The position numbers were made by a program, and so were the translations under genes. Under the pieces are notes generated by a model, which saw only the letters and a program-made list of their open reading frames with translations, did no database searches and was not told the origin of the DNA. Of a stretch of DNA of 64,000 nucleotides, positions 36,883 to 50,984 are shown piece after piece. Position 1 is the first letter of the stretch; each line of letters begins with the position of its first letter. Source of the stretch: Carcharhinus amblyrhynchos (Eukaryota); contig OZ336887.1 of the NCBI GenBank assembly GCA_965287045.1, forward strand, positions 26,660,001-26,724,000, given 5' to 3'.

Positions 36883-37654
36883 CATTCAATGATGAAGCAT
36901 CCACAATCCACTGGGGCAGGGTAGAGAATTACCAACACCAACAACACAGTGAAGAAACTTCTCATCTCAGACCTAAGTGATCAACTGCTTATCCTGAATC
37001 TGTGGCCCCTTGACACACCAGCCAGTTGAATAAATCTCTATGTCTACCCTGTCAAACTCCTTCTGAATCTTGTATATTTCAAGATCGTTCTTCTAAACTT
37101 GAGAATATAGGGCCAATTTAGGCCCTCTCATAGGGCAACCCTCTCATCCCAAGGAGCAATCTAGTGAATCTTTGCTGTACTGTCCCAATGCTATAAATCC
37201 TTCCTTAAACAATCAAGACTAAAACTGCAGTATTCTAAGTGGATTAAGACTTAATTGAATAAATAAACTTATTTATTTATTAGCGTACTCCAAATTCTCT
37301 TGCAATAAAAGCCAAAATGCTGTTTGCCTTCCCAATTGCTTGCTCCATCTATAAGCTAACTTTGGGTTCCTGGAACCTCACACTCAAGCCTCTCTCAAGA
37401 TCAACATTTACAAGTTTAATGCTTTTTTTCAAAAGACATTCTGCTTTTCCATTCTTACAAAGTGAATAAACTCACACTTCCCCACATTATTGTCCACCTG
37501 CCACCTTATTATCCACTCCTGTAACCAGTCCATCTCTTGCAGAGTTACATTTCCACCCACTTATGTGCAGTCAGCAAACTCTGATATATTACTTTGTCCT
37601 TTCATCTCAGTGATTAATATAGATTGTAAATAGCTGAGGGCCTAGCAGTGATTG

Positions 37655-38275
37655 TTGCGGCACTCTTGCAGTACAAGCGTTGGCAAATCATGTTGCAGTT
37701 ACACAAAACCCTGGTAGCACTCATTTGGAGTAGTATGTGCAGTTCTGGTCACCACACTACCAGAAGGATGTGGAAGCTTTGGACAGTGCAAAGAAGGTTC
37801 ACAAGGGTGTTGCGTGGTCTCGAGGGCATTGACTATGAGGACAGGTTGGATAAACTAGGGTTGTTTTCACTGGAAAGCCATTGGGTGAGGGGAGACCTGA
37901 TAGAGGTCTACAAAATTATGAGGGGCATAGACAGGGCGGATGGTTAGGAAGCTTTTTCCCCCTCGTTGGAAGTGTCAATTACGAAGGGGCACAGCTTCAA
38001 AGTAAGGGGGGAAAGTTTAAGGGAGATGTGCAGGGGAAGCTTTTCATGCAGGGAGTGGCAAGTGCCCAGAACATGCTGCCAGAGGTGGTGGTGGAGGAAG
38101 CAGGCATATTAGCAACATTGAAGAGACAACTGGATGGGTTTGAATAGGGAGGGAATAGAGGTATACAGACCAAGTAAGGGCATAAGGTTTTTATTAGTTT
38201 AGTAACAGCACCATGAACGGCACAGTCTTGGAGGGCCAAAGGATCTATTTTGGTGCTGTACTTTTCTTTGTTCAC
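37655..38275 (+). mobile_element. CR1-type LINE 3' end
   Basis: MLQLHKTLV...VQRRFTRVLRGLEG...RGDLIEVYKIMRGIDR. Confidence 0.85.
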
Positions 38276-38696
38276 TTCACTGGTCACTGTGAACTTAAAA
38301 ACAGCCCCACTGTTTGCTTCCTGACTATTAACTAATCCTCTGTATTACCCAACTCCATGAGCCCTTTCTCTTGTCTTTTAACCTCTTATGTGGTGCTTTA
38401 TCAATTGCTACATCTATCGGTTCCCCTTTATATATTGTACTAATTACATTTTCAAAACACTCTTGTTTGTCAAACACAATTTCCCTTTCACAAAACCACA
38501 CTGACTTTTCTGATTATACCATGCTTTCCAATGTAAGGTTTCTTTAATAATAGATTCTATCACTTTTTCGACGATTGTTGTCAGACTAACTGGCCTGCAG
38601 TTCCCTTTTTCTTTCTCCCATTCTTGGGTAGATGAATTACATATTGCTAACTTTAAATCTGATGGGACCAGTCCAGAGCCTAAGAGTTTTAGGAAA

Positions 38697-39123
38697 TCTT
38701 GGCTGCAGAGAAATTACAAAGGGTTGTGAACGTAGACCAGTCCATCATACGAACCAGCCTCTCGTTCACTGACTTCGTCTATACTTCCCACTGCCTCAGG
38801 AAAGCAGCCAGTGCAATCAAAGATCCCATGTATCCTGGATATACTCTTATCCACTTTCTTCCATCAGGAAAAAGATACAGAAGCTTGAAAACATGTATCA
38901 ACCAACTCAAGCACCACTTCTTTCCTGATGTCATCAAACTTTTGGATGGTGTATCAACACTAAGCTGATCTTTCTCTTCACCCTATTGGTAACTGCAACA
39001 CTATTTTCTGCATCCTATTCTTTCCTTCTCCCCTAGGTACTCAATGAATGGTATATTTTTGTCTGTAACTGCTTGCAAGAAACAATACTTTTCATTGTTT
39101 TCTAATATGTGACAATAATAAAT
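38697..39123 (+). mobile_element. Rex/Babar-like non-LTR retrotransposon 3' end
   Basis: KLQRVVN...IKDP.YPG...LPSGKRYRSLKT...FFPDVIKLL; the same 3'UTR tail (TGTGACAATAATAAAT) recurs at 40143-40270 with (AAATC)n. Confidence 0.72.
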
Positions 39124-41889
39124 GAGAGATAGCGGATGTTCTGGCTATCTTTCAGGACGAGGGTGTAGACCATCAGATCCTGGGGATATTCTGAATTTTA
39201 GTTCCTTAAAATTTCTCTAGTACTCTTTTTCTGCTGATATTAAATTTACCCATTCTTCTTAGCAGCTAGGTTATCCCCAATGCTGGTATGCAAACTTGCA
39301 TCTTCTACAAATACAGATTGTGGAAACGGAAACGACATATTTGTTCAATATCTTTACCATTTCCTCATTACCCATAACGATGTCTCCTAATGTCTTCTAA
39401 GAGAGAAATGTTTACATCAGTAACTCTCTTCCTTTATATACTGTTGTAAAAACTCTTAAAATCTATTTTTTATATTCCTGGCTAGTTTGCTCCCATATTC
39501 TGTTTTTCCCCTATTTATCAACTTTTTCATGGCACTTTACTGGTTTCCAAAACATTCCAAAACCTCAAACATACTTTTTTTTTGCAAGCCTCTTTTTTTA
39601 ATCTTATGCCTTCCTCAACTTCCTGAATAAGCTATGAATTATTCTTTCTTGCTGAGTTTTGTATTGTCAGTTAACTGGGAGACATTAGTTCTCTTCAGCC
39701 AAGTCAATGACAAATCCTGCAACTAGCTTAGGCCTAAGCATTGGGCACCTTGCGGTATCCCATTAGTTACAGCCTGCCAATTTGAAAATTGTTAAGTGCC
39801 ACTGTTTTTTGTCCATTAACAAATGCATGCAAATTATACCCAATTCCATGAGTCCTAAATTTGTTTAATAACTTCTTCAAATGATTTTTTTTAAAAAAAC
39901 CCGAACACTACATCTACCAGTTCTTCTTAGCCACCCTACATGTTAAATGCTCAGAAACAGACTTATGAAACAATATCCCTTCCATATATGTGTTGATTGT
40001 GCCCAAATATTATTTTCTAAATGGCCTTTTTAGTGTTCCTAATAAAAGATTTGAGTATTTTCCCTAATACTGAGGCAAGCCTAAATTGTCTTGAATATTT
40101 CCTCCACGTGGATTTAAAGGTTTGAGTACACTAGCTATGACTAACACTATATTCTGCACTCTCTCGTTTCCTTCTCTATGAACGGTATGTTTTGTCTGTA
40201 TAGCGCGCATGAAATAATACTTTTCACTATGTTAATATATGTGACAATAATAAATGAAATCAAAATCAAACAATTTATGCTGATACTACAATGTAGTCCC
40301 GAAGGATTGCTGGATATTTTGGGAGTGCCATCTTTTGGATGAAACATTACACCAAAACACTGATTATCTGCACAGCTAGACACAAGACTAACTGACACTT
40401 CTTTTGAAGATTAGTAAAGAGTTCTTCTGATTTTCAAGCCTTTATTTGTCTCTCAATCAACATACGTTAAATAGTCATCCATTTCATTGCTGTGCACAAA
40501 TTGGTTGCTGTATTTAACCACAGAACTAACAATTAGATGCAAAGTGCTTTGGGATGCTCTGCAGATGTAAAAGGTGACACTTATACTCTTCTAATTCTGT
40601 GTGTTTATATGCAGCTCTTTCTTTCTTTGGTACAATTCCAAAATGACACCAACTTGAAATGCGTCCTAACTTCCAAAACATAGTGCAGAAAACATTAATA
40701 TATACAGCAAAATAAATAATATAGGAGTAAGTCAACAGATACAAAAATCTGATCAGATAGATAGAGATCTAATTGCTTGGAGGACCCTGGGGTCCAGTGA
40801 CAGACTCCAGTTTGAAAACCTCTGTTTCAAGACTCCAAGAACTGAGAAAACTTTCCAATGATACATTTTAAAAACAGGTTTTCATTTTCTGCAAAATATC
40901 ACATACTTTCACTATGATTCCTCAAACATTCCATATTAAGTTTCAAAACAGAAATGTTTAAGTATTTTCAAAGATTGACAAGAGTTCCAGAATTGACTGC
41001 ATTCTTGCTGATTCTTGTAGGCAGCTGCAGATATCTAACTATTGCAAAATTAACCAAATAAATCTAAAATAATTAATAAAGTTTGCAATCTGACACCTAA
41101 AGGACAAACACAGATCAAGAAGGGCCACTTATAGCCTTAGATGAAAGGCTGAGTGTAGCCATTTCTTCACAGAAGAACTGAAATCCACATTCTCAAAAAA
41201 TAGCAGCAGTATGGTGAACTGAGCATGTATCTACTCAATAAATGACTAGTAATGAAATCTGAAGAACATAAAACCTAGAAACTTCAGTATTAGAAAATAA
41301 CAAATCATAACGTGGATCCTGAAAACTTTTCCTGCTGGAATTGGAGATGATAAATGTACTTCAGATTTAATATAAGACTTAAAAAATGCGAGGTTGAGGG
41401 TCAGAAACATTTGATTATCATGTTCTCTATCAGGGAGCAACAGAAATGTAAACATTACAGCACAGCGCTTTTTTTTAAAGCTACAGGAAACAGGAAATAA
41501 CTCATTTTAAAGATTATAGGCATTTGAAAGGAGTTAATTACAGAAATTATCCATTCCTGTTTTTCAGCATCCCAATCAGATCTATAACTAAAGATAGAAA
41601 AGTGGAGTTTTTTTTTTAATGTGAATTACTTATATCTTAACTTGGTCAGTCCATTCTTGGTAAGTACAATATATATCGTCTCTGCAGAAATCTTCTATTT
41701 TTGGCTTCAAAATTCAGCAGGAAGCCAAAATGTTAACAAGCAACCCATAAAGAATATGAATCACCATTTTCTTCCAAATGAGGAGGCTTCAGTACAAACT
41801 AAACACTGCAATGTGTTCAGTGGAAACTGACATTTCCCAGTTCTGCCTCCAGTACCAGAAAGGACAGTTTTTTTTAAGTTCAAGGGTTT

Positions 41890-42222
41890 GAGTGGCACAG
41901 TGGTTAACATTGCTGCCTCACAGCACCAGGGACTCAGACTGGACTGCAGCCTTGGATGACTGTCACTGTGGAGCTTGCACATCTCTCCATGTCTGTATGA
42001 TTTCCATCTGGGTGCTCCAGTTTCCTCCCACAGTCCAAAGATGCACAGGTTAGATAGATTGACCATGCTAAATTGCCCCTTAGTATAGGTTAAGTTAATT
42101 AACCATGGTAAATGCGCAGGCTTACGGGGATAGGGTCGAGGGGAGAGTCTCAGTGAGATGTTCTTTTGGAGAGTCAGTGCTGACTCAATGGGCTGAATTG
42201 CTGCACTATAGGGATTCTATAG
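41890..42222 (+). mobile_element. HE1/V-SINE-like SINE
   Basis: Diverged head, central domain and tail. Confidence 0.8.
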
Positions 42223-42589
42223 TTCCATGGCAAGCACAATCACTGATTAATCATTTAAATCCATCTTCTTGTGAATGATAAAGACCTCCAAGTTCAAAAG
42301 ACTAAGGGGCTCCAGTATTCCCACCAGGCAAGGAGGTTTTAAATGAAATAAAGTTTTTTCTTAAAATAGGGAGCTGGCAAGGATCTTTTAAACTGAAAAG
42401 GTTTCTTCCCCATCCCCCAAACTCCACAGTATGCACCCTTCTGCAAAAGTAAATCACATTTGACATTGTGGCTTATAAATTTTCAGTAAAACTATTACTT
42501 GTTCAAATTATTTACTTTCAATCAAAATTATTCTTTAAGACACTCCAGGCAGTTGATCTGTAGTGGGGTTACTTGTCACTGAAGCTGTC

Positions 42590-42945
42590 ATAGAAAAATA
42601 TCTCACAGTAATCTATAAAATTTTAACAGGACTAGACAGGGGTAGATGCAGGAAGGATGTCCAGAACCAGGAGTCTAAGGATATGGTGAAAACCTTTTAA
42701 GACAGAGATGAGGAGAAATTTCTTCATCTAAAGCATGGCAAGTCTGTGGAATTTGTGACCACAGAAAGCAGTTGACGTCAAAACATGTACAAAATCAAAG
42801 TTAGATGTAGTTCTTGAAGCGAAGGGATTCAAAGGATATGGGGGGAAGGCAGGAACAGGTTACTGAGTTGTGTGATCAGCCATGATCATAACGAATAGCG
42901 AAGCAGGGTCGAAGGGCCAAATGGGCTACTTCTGCTCCAATTTTC
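42590..42945 (+). mobile_element. CR1 3' end, diverged
   Basis: FKTEMRRNFF motif and 3'UTR GGGCCAAATGG.CTACT.CTGCTCC. Confidence 0.75.
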
Positions 42946-43574
42946 TAACCAATCACAGGTCGATATCTTGCTCAAGATGCACTCTCTAGCCAAATAAAAA
43001 TGAACAAAATTGCCCCCTTTTTGAAGGGACACAAAGGAGCAAACATGCAAGTAACAAACAAGATGTACAATAAGATGGAGGCATGTGCCTGTGGTCCATT
43101 GCAAAGTGAGTTGCTTAATTCAGTCATAGCACTATAGGTAATTGCCAAGTAGAGACCAAAGGTTTCCCTATGGGAAGAGAAATAAACTTGAGGACAGGTA
43201 ACCGTAGTAAATAGTCTCATCTTCCTAGGTTACTTTTACTTGCACTCCTTTGCCTTTGCTTTCGTTGGAGTTCCAAGTGAAAGAGAATTTTATGCTGATC
43301 AGTCAGCTTATGAATGAAGGCCAGAAGTACAATCTAAATTGGAGTAACATTGGTCTATTAGAAAATCATTAAATGGTGCATTTTTACACACAAGCTTCTC
43401 CAAGGACTTCCTGTATGTTCTGCACATAATGTTATTAGATTATATTGGTAGCCAGGCAGACTGGTTAGAAATGTGTTATACCCATTTCTAATGTTGGGAG
43501 ATATTAGAAGAAATGGAAAATTGTTTCTATTTGCATTGGGAATGCTCCATATTATAGAACTATTGGAATAAAGT

Positions 43575-44140
43575 TAGATGCTGCTTTAGGCCTCAACTGG
43601 AAGTGTATACAGTTCTGGTCACACTGCAGAGAGGACATATTTGCTCTGCAGTAAAGAAGAGATTTACAAGAATATTGTCAGGGCTTGAAAATTGCAGCTA
43701 TGAGGGAAGATTGGATAGACTAGATATGCCTTCCTTAAGATAGTGGAATCTGAGGCGTTACACAATTGAGGTGTACAAAATTATGAGGGTGCTAGAAAGG
43801 GTAGACAGGGAAGACTGGTTTCCCTTACCCAAGAGGTCAATTACTAGGAAGCATAGATTTAAGCATAGATTTAAGGTAATTGGTAAAAGGATTAGACAGG
43901 ACATGAGGAAGAAAAGCTTTTTCACCCAGAGGATGATGGGCATCTCAAATTCACTGCCTGAATTGGTGGTTGAGTCTTAAAAAATGGACCTAGATCAGCA
44001 CCTGAAGTGCTGTAACCTGCAAGGCTACAGATCAGGTGCTAGAATAAAGTAAGTGGCTAGTTCTTTTTATTCCCCTCTTTTTTGACCAGTGGACATGATG
44101 GGCAGAATACTCTCTTTCTGTACTGTAATTTTTCTATGGT
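43575..44140 (+). mobile_element. CR1 3' end, diverged
   Basis: VYKIMRVLERVDRE...FFTQR...NSLPELVVE. Confidence 0.75.
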
Positions 44141-46358
44141 TCCAAGGATCTTAGCTGAAACGATAATGCACAACATCATGGGATTCAGGAATTGGAATTT
44201 TTTTTGACGATTTCTGAGAGAAGTATGAATGTAAGTTCATTAACATGCAACAAAAGTTTTACCTTGATAACTTGCATCCAACAGGTGACGGATACTGTGA
44301 CCACTAAGCAATATAAAGGCAAACTCCATACCACAAATGGCATCCAGGGCACAACTACCTAAGGGTGCCCAAATTGTCATATATTAGAACATACTGGGAG
44401 CAAACAGACCAAATAAGAATCATTGGCCGATTAGAAAGGTGAAAAGGTACCCTTAGTTACTTGTTTTGTCAAAGAATTATTCTCTCCCTGAGCAGGGAAA
44501 ACAAAATGAAGGTGTCAAAAATCCAGAGCAAACAGGATTTCCTAGGTAATAGTTTGATAATCAATTATACGCCATAAAGTATGACTTTTGATTCTTGAAG
44601 AACCCTGAATTAACATCAAAGGGCCTACATTATATAGAGACAGGGCCATTTATGTGTGGTCAATGATATCTGACAAGATTATTCCTTTTTTGGTGCAATA
44701 TAAGGAAATGCAGATGGTGAATCGAAGAGGTATACAGATAGGACACACTGTGGATTGCTAATTTGCTTTTGTTAACCAACCTGAAGTTCTTGCTTTTTCA
44801 AAGTAAAAAAAAAATCAATGTTTATCTATTGTAGTATTAATACATACAGCCACAGTGACATAGCCTGAGTTTTCTCTCACAAAGTGGTAGATTGGAAGTC
44901 CAGGAGGAAGAAAGGTGAAATTGAAGTAGATGCAAGAGCAAATTAAAGTTGAGGTTCAAGGGAAATAAACCACTACTAGGGCACATTTCACAGCAGCAAG
45001 AACAAATGCTAGGTCACAGTTAACATGGCTCCCTTGGAGATCAAGGAGAGGGATCTTGTGCTGTAAAAGGACCAGGGAAATGAATGTCACTTCCTACTTT
45101 ATTCTCAAATGAAGTTACCTCTTCTACTTCATCTGCAAATCTATATCACACAGCTCCTCCGTGCTTCGTACATCAGAGAATTAGATTAAACATAACAATT
45201 CTCTTGAAAACATTCACTTCTCACTGTACACATCTATGCAAGTGCTCTTCAGGATAAGGTATCTTTCCTGAGTAATCATCCCCCTTCTTTGGGAAAGCAT
45301 TTCTAAGTGAAACTCACTTTTTTGGGCTATCAAGGTGGGGAAGTTCCTTAGAGCTTCTTGGACATCACTGCTATAACTTCAGCGGATGTCCTGCTTGTGC
45401 ACAAATGTAGGATTTTCACTGAGGTCACAGTGGTGACGATGAAGTGCTGTGCACACTAACATGTCACCCCCAATACTATTCTACGTTTGGTATTTTTTAG
45501 ACATACATATAGTCCAAATTATAGTAATCCAGTTCAACAGATTAAAGAAAAAAGTCTGTTGTTCTTTAAAACAAAAATAGTCCAGAGCAACGTAGCCATA
45601 CAACATGCTAGTGCTCACTCTCTGCAGCATTGCAGATTTCATAGAACAATTCATTTTCTACCACAGAATCTCCAGCTTTAACAATCTGCACATAATGTCT
45701 GCAACAAAGTTTAAACATTTCTCCTGCTTGCAAAACTCTTCCCAGTATCATTATGAAATATTGCCCCAAGGTAGCAATTATACTAGTAATCATTCATTTG
45801 ATAATTGCATTCACAAGTGTATCGAGACACGTGAAGCATAAGGTCCTGGCTTCAACTCCTCACTAAACCAAGTCAACCGGAAGGGCATTATAGTTGGGAG
45901 AATTAATCAAAGTTCCTGCTCCTGATCATTATCCAGTGATTGCAGTGGAAATGTGCAACTTTGTGGATAAGATCTTGGTGCAGCTGAATTGTCAAACAGT
46001 CTGACACACACTTCCCAAGGCATCATAGCCTATCAACAACTTCAGGACAGGATGCAAGAGAGAAAATGTAAATATTAAGATCTGATCATCTATTAAGTCA
46101 GGTTATTGGTTTGTGCAATAAGCCAAGAAAAGGCCTCGGATTTGTCCCTTGGAAGATCAGCACAAGTTTACCAAGACGTTTTCCTGCTCACAGCAGCAAT
46201 CAGTGATTTGAGAAAGTATTCTGAAATCTTTATCCTGGCTTCACTCAATTATGCAGTAAAATAAAATTACAATACTACAATGTGGTCAGAGATCCTCTGT
46301 GTTTGCCTGTTAGGATAATACATAGGTTTCAACACACATACTTAATAATCTTTGTTAC

Positions 46359-46460
46359 CTTCCACCTCATGAAGACAAAATCACTGTTCTTTAACTCTTC
46401 ATAATCAAATTCATCTGAGTTAAATGTTTTTGCATATTGGTAAAATGCCAAGAACTTCCC
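46359..46460 (-). CDS. GID4: GID4 exon 4, 102 nt
   Basis: [34 protein letters not shown]; CCCAG acceptor, GTAAC donor. Confidence 0.97.
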
Positions 46461-48299
46461 CTGGGAAAAAAAAATTTTAAAAAGTAAGCACACCAAAAAG
46501 CCACAGCACTGCACATACAACACTAAAATCCTACAGCAGAGGAGATATAAGGATTTGAAGATGCATAATCCTAGTCACTGCACAAGAAGGTTAAAATTCA
46601 GAAGAGGGACTAAAATTGCTGAACAAGGCTTTGTTAAGAAAACAACATAGGTAAATTATAACAATTGTGTGATTTTCTTAAGTACCACAGTGTGCTTTGC
46701 CTACTTATGAGAAAAAATTCAATCTCTAATTGAAAATTTGTTTCCAAAAAGAATCTAATTTCTCAACCAAACAACGTTCTAAGTTCTAAAGATCGACAGT
46801 CACATCATTGACATGCATTCAACTTTGACATGCTTTGAAATATCAAAACAGGAAATGCTATTTGCATTTATCCCATTTGCGGTTCTGGCAGTCCAACCAT
46901 AATCCAATTCCTATAACATGGCTAGTTTATTTGTTAAATTTCATTTTCCTGGAGGTGCAGAATTTTCAATAGATTTTCACGATAAAAATCTTTAAAGGGT
47001 TCAAATGTAATCTCTTAAAAAAGTCCCAATTTTATGCTCAAAATTTTTAAGTTTAACACTTTTGATTCAAGCTACATTTGTTACTTTTGTACAGTTTTGA
47101 TCCCACAAATGCAACGTTTTTCCTCAGAGCTTCAAGAACCATGAACTTTCCAACATATTTCATGCCTCCATATAACAGACTCTGCAAAGGTGGACTTCTT
47201 CCATGAAGGTCACAGAAACCACATGGGACATTTTTTTTTTGAAAAAGGACATATTAAGCAGCTCCGACAGTAAGTGGATAAAGATATTGTCTGGTGTAAC
47301 ATTGAGTCACACACTCCAGAAGGTTCCAGGTTTTCCCAGTTAGGTGATATCAGACAAGGCAGTAATTGAGGGGAGTTAGAGGTTACATCTCAGTTTAATA
47401 TCCCTGAGTTAGAGAGCACTAACTTGATATTTTGAGTTTATCTTGGGATAAATAACTTGTGCTTCTCAAAAGTTAAGCTTGGTTGCTGCAGAAAGTAGTT
47501 TTATGAAAGACCAATAATTTTCTCCAGATCTGCCAATGTCACTCTTTAGTTAGGTGCACAGGTGAGCTGGAATGCCTTTCTCTTGAGCAGTGCCTTATCC
47601 TGAAAAATGACTGACCCACCCCAGAAATTTCTCAATCCATGTCAGTGAGATGGAAAACTCAACATGTGGACAAATTTCAGGGAAAGCACCACCTTCGACC
47701 TCTCCATGGCACACAGGTAACATGTCCATTTAGTAATAATTGATAATCATATTTACAAGAAATGTCTCAGAAGCTAAATGGAAAATGACAGAAACTCTTC
47801 GTTGGTTGAGGCTGACACGCACAGTTGCAGGAAGAATGGGAACTTTCTTGTACATCCAGTTCTATACCTCATCTAGGAGTGATCAATATTTCATTCCCAG
47901 AATTGGTATCTTTCACTTTGATCAAGTCAATGTTCATGCAAAGCAACCCAAAACACAATGGGCTGAATTTTAACACTTACCTTAAACCATCAACCTCTGC
48001 ATTTAATGGAGCACACAACCAGCCTGCTCCCACGAGGCAGGTTGATGATTTAAATATTTTGGTTTTACAGTGATTGGCCAGATTTCTCATACCTTAAAGC
48101 GGCATAGAGAAGGCAAGTGCCTTTACAGCACTGCTTGAGGGCCAGGAGAAGTGCTCAACACCCACCCGGATCAATAACTGGATGTACCTGCTCTGTGGCT
48201 TGTTCATGAATCCCCTCTGCCTGATTATGTCACTGTCAGGTAATATTCAGGCCAGTGTCTAAAAATGCAAGATTAAAGTGTAAAACATTTCTCACGTAC

Positions 48300-48407
48300 C
48301 CAATGTTTCCTATCCACATCTTCATCTGCATCCCATTTTCTTGTTAAAAATGGATGTTTTTTACTGATTATTTCTCCTTCAAAGAAGGTCGTAAGAGTTG
48401 GATATTC
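48300..48407 (-). CDS. GID4: GID4 exon 3, 108 nt
   Basis: [36 protein letters not shown]; ACAG acceptor, GTACGT donor. Confidence 0.97.
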
Positions 48408-48673
48408 CTGTAACATTTGAAATTGAACAAAGAATGTAAAGTTATACCATTTCATGACGAACTCTTACAAAATTAGCTCTCATTATTATTAGACTATTTC
48501 ATAACTATTAAAGAACAGCATTGACATTATAAACTGTTGGCACCCTTCAGGAAAAAAGCAAAAAAAGCCCTCTAAAAAGTTAGTTCCTCTAATGTGCAAG
48601 GTCCTACTGGCCATTTACAGCACAGATATTAACATATTTCACAGCAAAAGGATATTGCTAATAGTATATTAGT

Positions 48674-49068
48674 GGGGAGATCTCATTGAGACGTATAAGA
48701 TGATGAATGGGATGGATAGGATAGAGGTGGAGAGACTCTTCCCGCTCAAAAAAGACAGTAGGACTAGGGGGCACAGCCTCAAGATAAAGGGGAGGCGGTT
48801 TAGAACGGAGTTGAGGAGGAACTTCTTCACTCAAAGGGTGGTGAATCTCTGGAATTCTCTGCCCGTTGAAGTGGTGGAGGCTGCCTCGCTAAATATTTTT
48901 AAGAAGCAGGTTGATGGGTTCTTGATAAGAGAGGGGATTAAGGGTTATGGGGAGAGGGCGGGAAAGTGGAACTGAGCCACGACAGATCAGCCATGATCTT
49001 ATTGAATGGCGGGGCAGGCTCGAAGGGCTAGATGGCCTACTCCTGCTCCTATTTCTTATGTTCTTATG
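48674..49068 (+). mobile_element. Young CR1-type LINE 3' end (copy D)
   Basis: Same family in the opposite orientation; (TTCTTATG)2 tail. Confidence 0.92.
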
Positions 49069-49317
49069 TATTATTCAGATATATAGGTGAAGGGCATTGT
49101 TTAATTACATGCTTTGATCACTTATGAATAAAGGACCAAGGCTGCTGGGCATTACCGGGTCTGCAGTGCTTCCTCAGCCCCCAAAATGACATTGTAACAC
49201 AATTCAGTAATGTTCCTTTAACATTTTTCTTTACGTAAAGTGTCCCTTAGGGGCTATTAACTGGCTAATAGGTTAATTTGTTAAATGTGCCTAATTGATC
49301 CATTCCAAAGCAGGAGA

Positions 49318-49602
49318 ATGGCACAGCGCCAGGGACCCTAGTTCAATTCCAGCCACGGTCACTATCTGTGCAAAGTTTGCACATACTCCCCTTATCTGTG
49401 GGGTTTTCTCCAGGTGCTCCAGTTTCCTTCCACAGTCTAAAGATGTATGGCTTAGATTGATTGGCTATGCTAAATTCCCTTTAGTGTCAGGGGACTAACA
49501 CGGTAAATACATGGGGTTACGAGGTTAGGGCTTAGGTGGTATTGTTGTCAGTATAGGCTCAATGGGCTGAATGGCCTCCTTCTGCACTGTAGGGATTCTA
49601 TG
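49318..49602 (+). mobile_element. HE1/V-SINE-like SINE
   Basis: Body and tail match the other copies. Confidence 0.8.
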
Positions 49603-50599
49603 AAAAAAGTACAAAGTACTGGAAAACTGCAGTGTTGTAGGAGAGGCAAGAGACAAAACAAATTCAACAAACTCTCTTGGTAAAGAGGAGCTCTGTGTCT
49701 TGATTTCACCAACTGGCTTGGATTCTATCAACAGATAAAGGCTTTCACTTAGAAGGGTAAAGTTTAGACTTAATTGCTTTTTATCCAGAGGTTGGAGATA
49801 GTGTTTGGAATGGACTGCCACGAGAGACAGCGGCAGTCCATTTGTCAAAACATCAGTTTTCTTTGCTTTTGATACTGAACTAAAAATACATACTGCTTAA
49901 TATTAAATCCCCGTTTGTACCAATGCTCACAGTTGTTGCTATCCTGAAGTAACTTTCAGTTTCCTTGTCATTCTTATTATTTGACCAAAGAATTTTTGCC
50001 ACCATTGTCAAATTGCATTGAAACTCTGTAAAGTCAGCCTCTGACTGGTGATCATCACTACTACGGATATGGGCTTGAAAGCCAATTCTGGAGTAAGCCT
50101 AATGAGGAATTATGAACAGTTCCAATCAACAAATGCAGCAGATGATTTAAGATTGCTGGCCTTTGTGTGTTTTGTGTTGCGACCTATTTTTGCACTTTGC
50201 TGTATGGGCAATTGATTGATTCTATAAAACCAACCAGACTCCTCAACAATGATCAACTTGGCCCTGCTCCAATAACAGTAGGATATCATATGATCCTTAA
50301 ATTCTACACCATGGGCTCCTTAATGGAGAAGATAATTTGCTACCTGGGTCCCAGGGGTACTCAACAGACCAGTAGTTACTCAGTATTTCACCAAATCAAT
50401 GCTTTTGTAAGGAAATGGTTAATGAGATTGACTTGAAATTTATTAAATGCTGTATCACAACTGATTTTTCTGTACATTTATCTTTTCAGCAGAGGCATTT
50501 AAGTCAATTTAAAATAAAAAGAAGCGCTGGAAATATTACGGTTCGGTAATCTGTGGAGAGCGCAACAGAGGTACAGAACCAATACTGCTGTATAAGAAT

Positions 50600-50910
50600 A
50601 AGGCTGTTCGGCCAAGTGAGTTTGTACAAACTCTCCAAAAGAGCATCCCACCCCTCCACCCTATCCCTATAGCCCCACGCATTTAACATACTTAATCCAC
50701 TTAACCTACACATCTTTGGACGCTTATGACAATTTATCATGGCCAATTCATCGAACCTGCACATTTTTGGACTGTGGGAGGAAATCGGAGCATCCAGAGG
50801 AAACCTACACCGACACAGGAAGAATGTGCAAACTCCACATAGTCACCCAAAGCCAGAATCAAATTTGGGTCCTTGGCACCGTAAGGCAGTAGTGCTAATC
50901 ACTGCGCCAT
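50600..50910 (-). mobile_element. HE1/V-SINE-like SINE
   Basis: Reverse-complement copy (minus TGGCGCAGTGATTAGCACTACTGCC...). Confidence 0.8.
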
Positions 50911-50984
50911 TCCTATAGTTAATGTTTTGAGTCAAATGTGAATCTTGCAGAAATGAAGGTAAGTAAAAATATGATGGCTTTTGA

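Larger units (their letters stand above)
35590..40080 (-). mobile_element. Cluster of nested old CR1 fragments (mostly minus strand)
   Basis: Repeated CR1 3'UTR starts (AGCAGGAGTA..CCATT..GCCC..GAGCCTGCTCC at ~35600 and ~36445) and RT remnants. Confidence 0.65.

Noticed and set aside
43850-43873. 12-bp tandem duplication GCATAGATTTAA
   Set aside because: Trivial slippage within a dead CR1 fragment.
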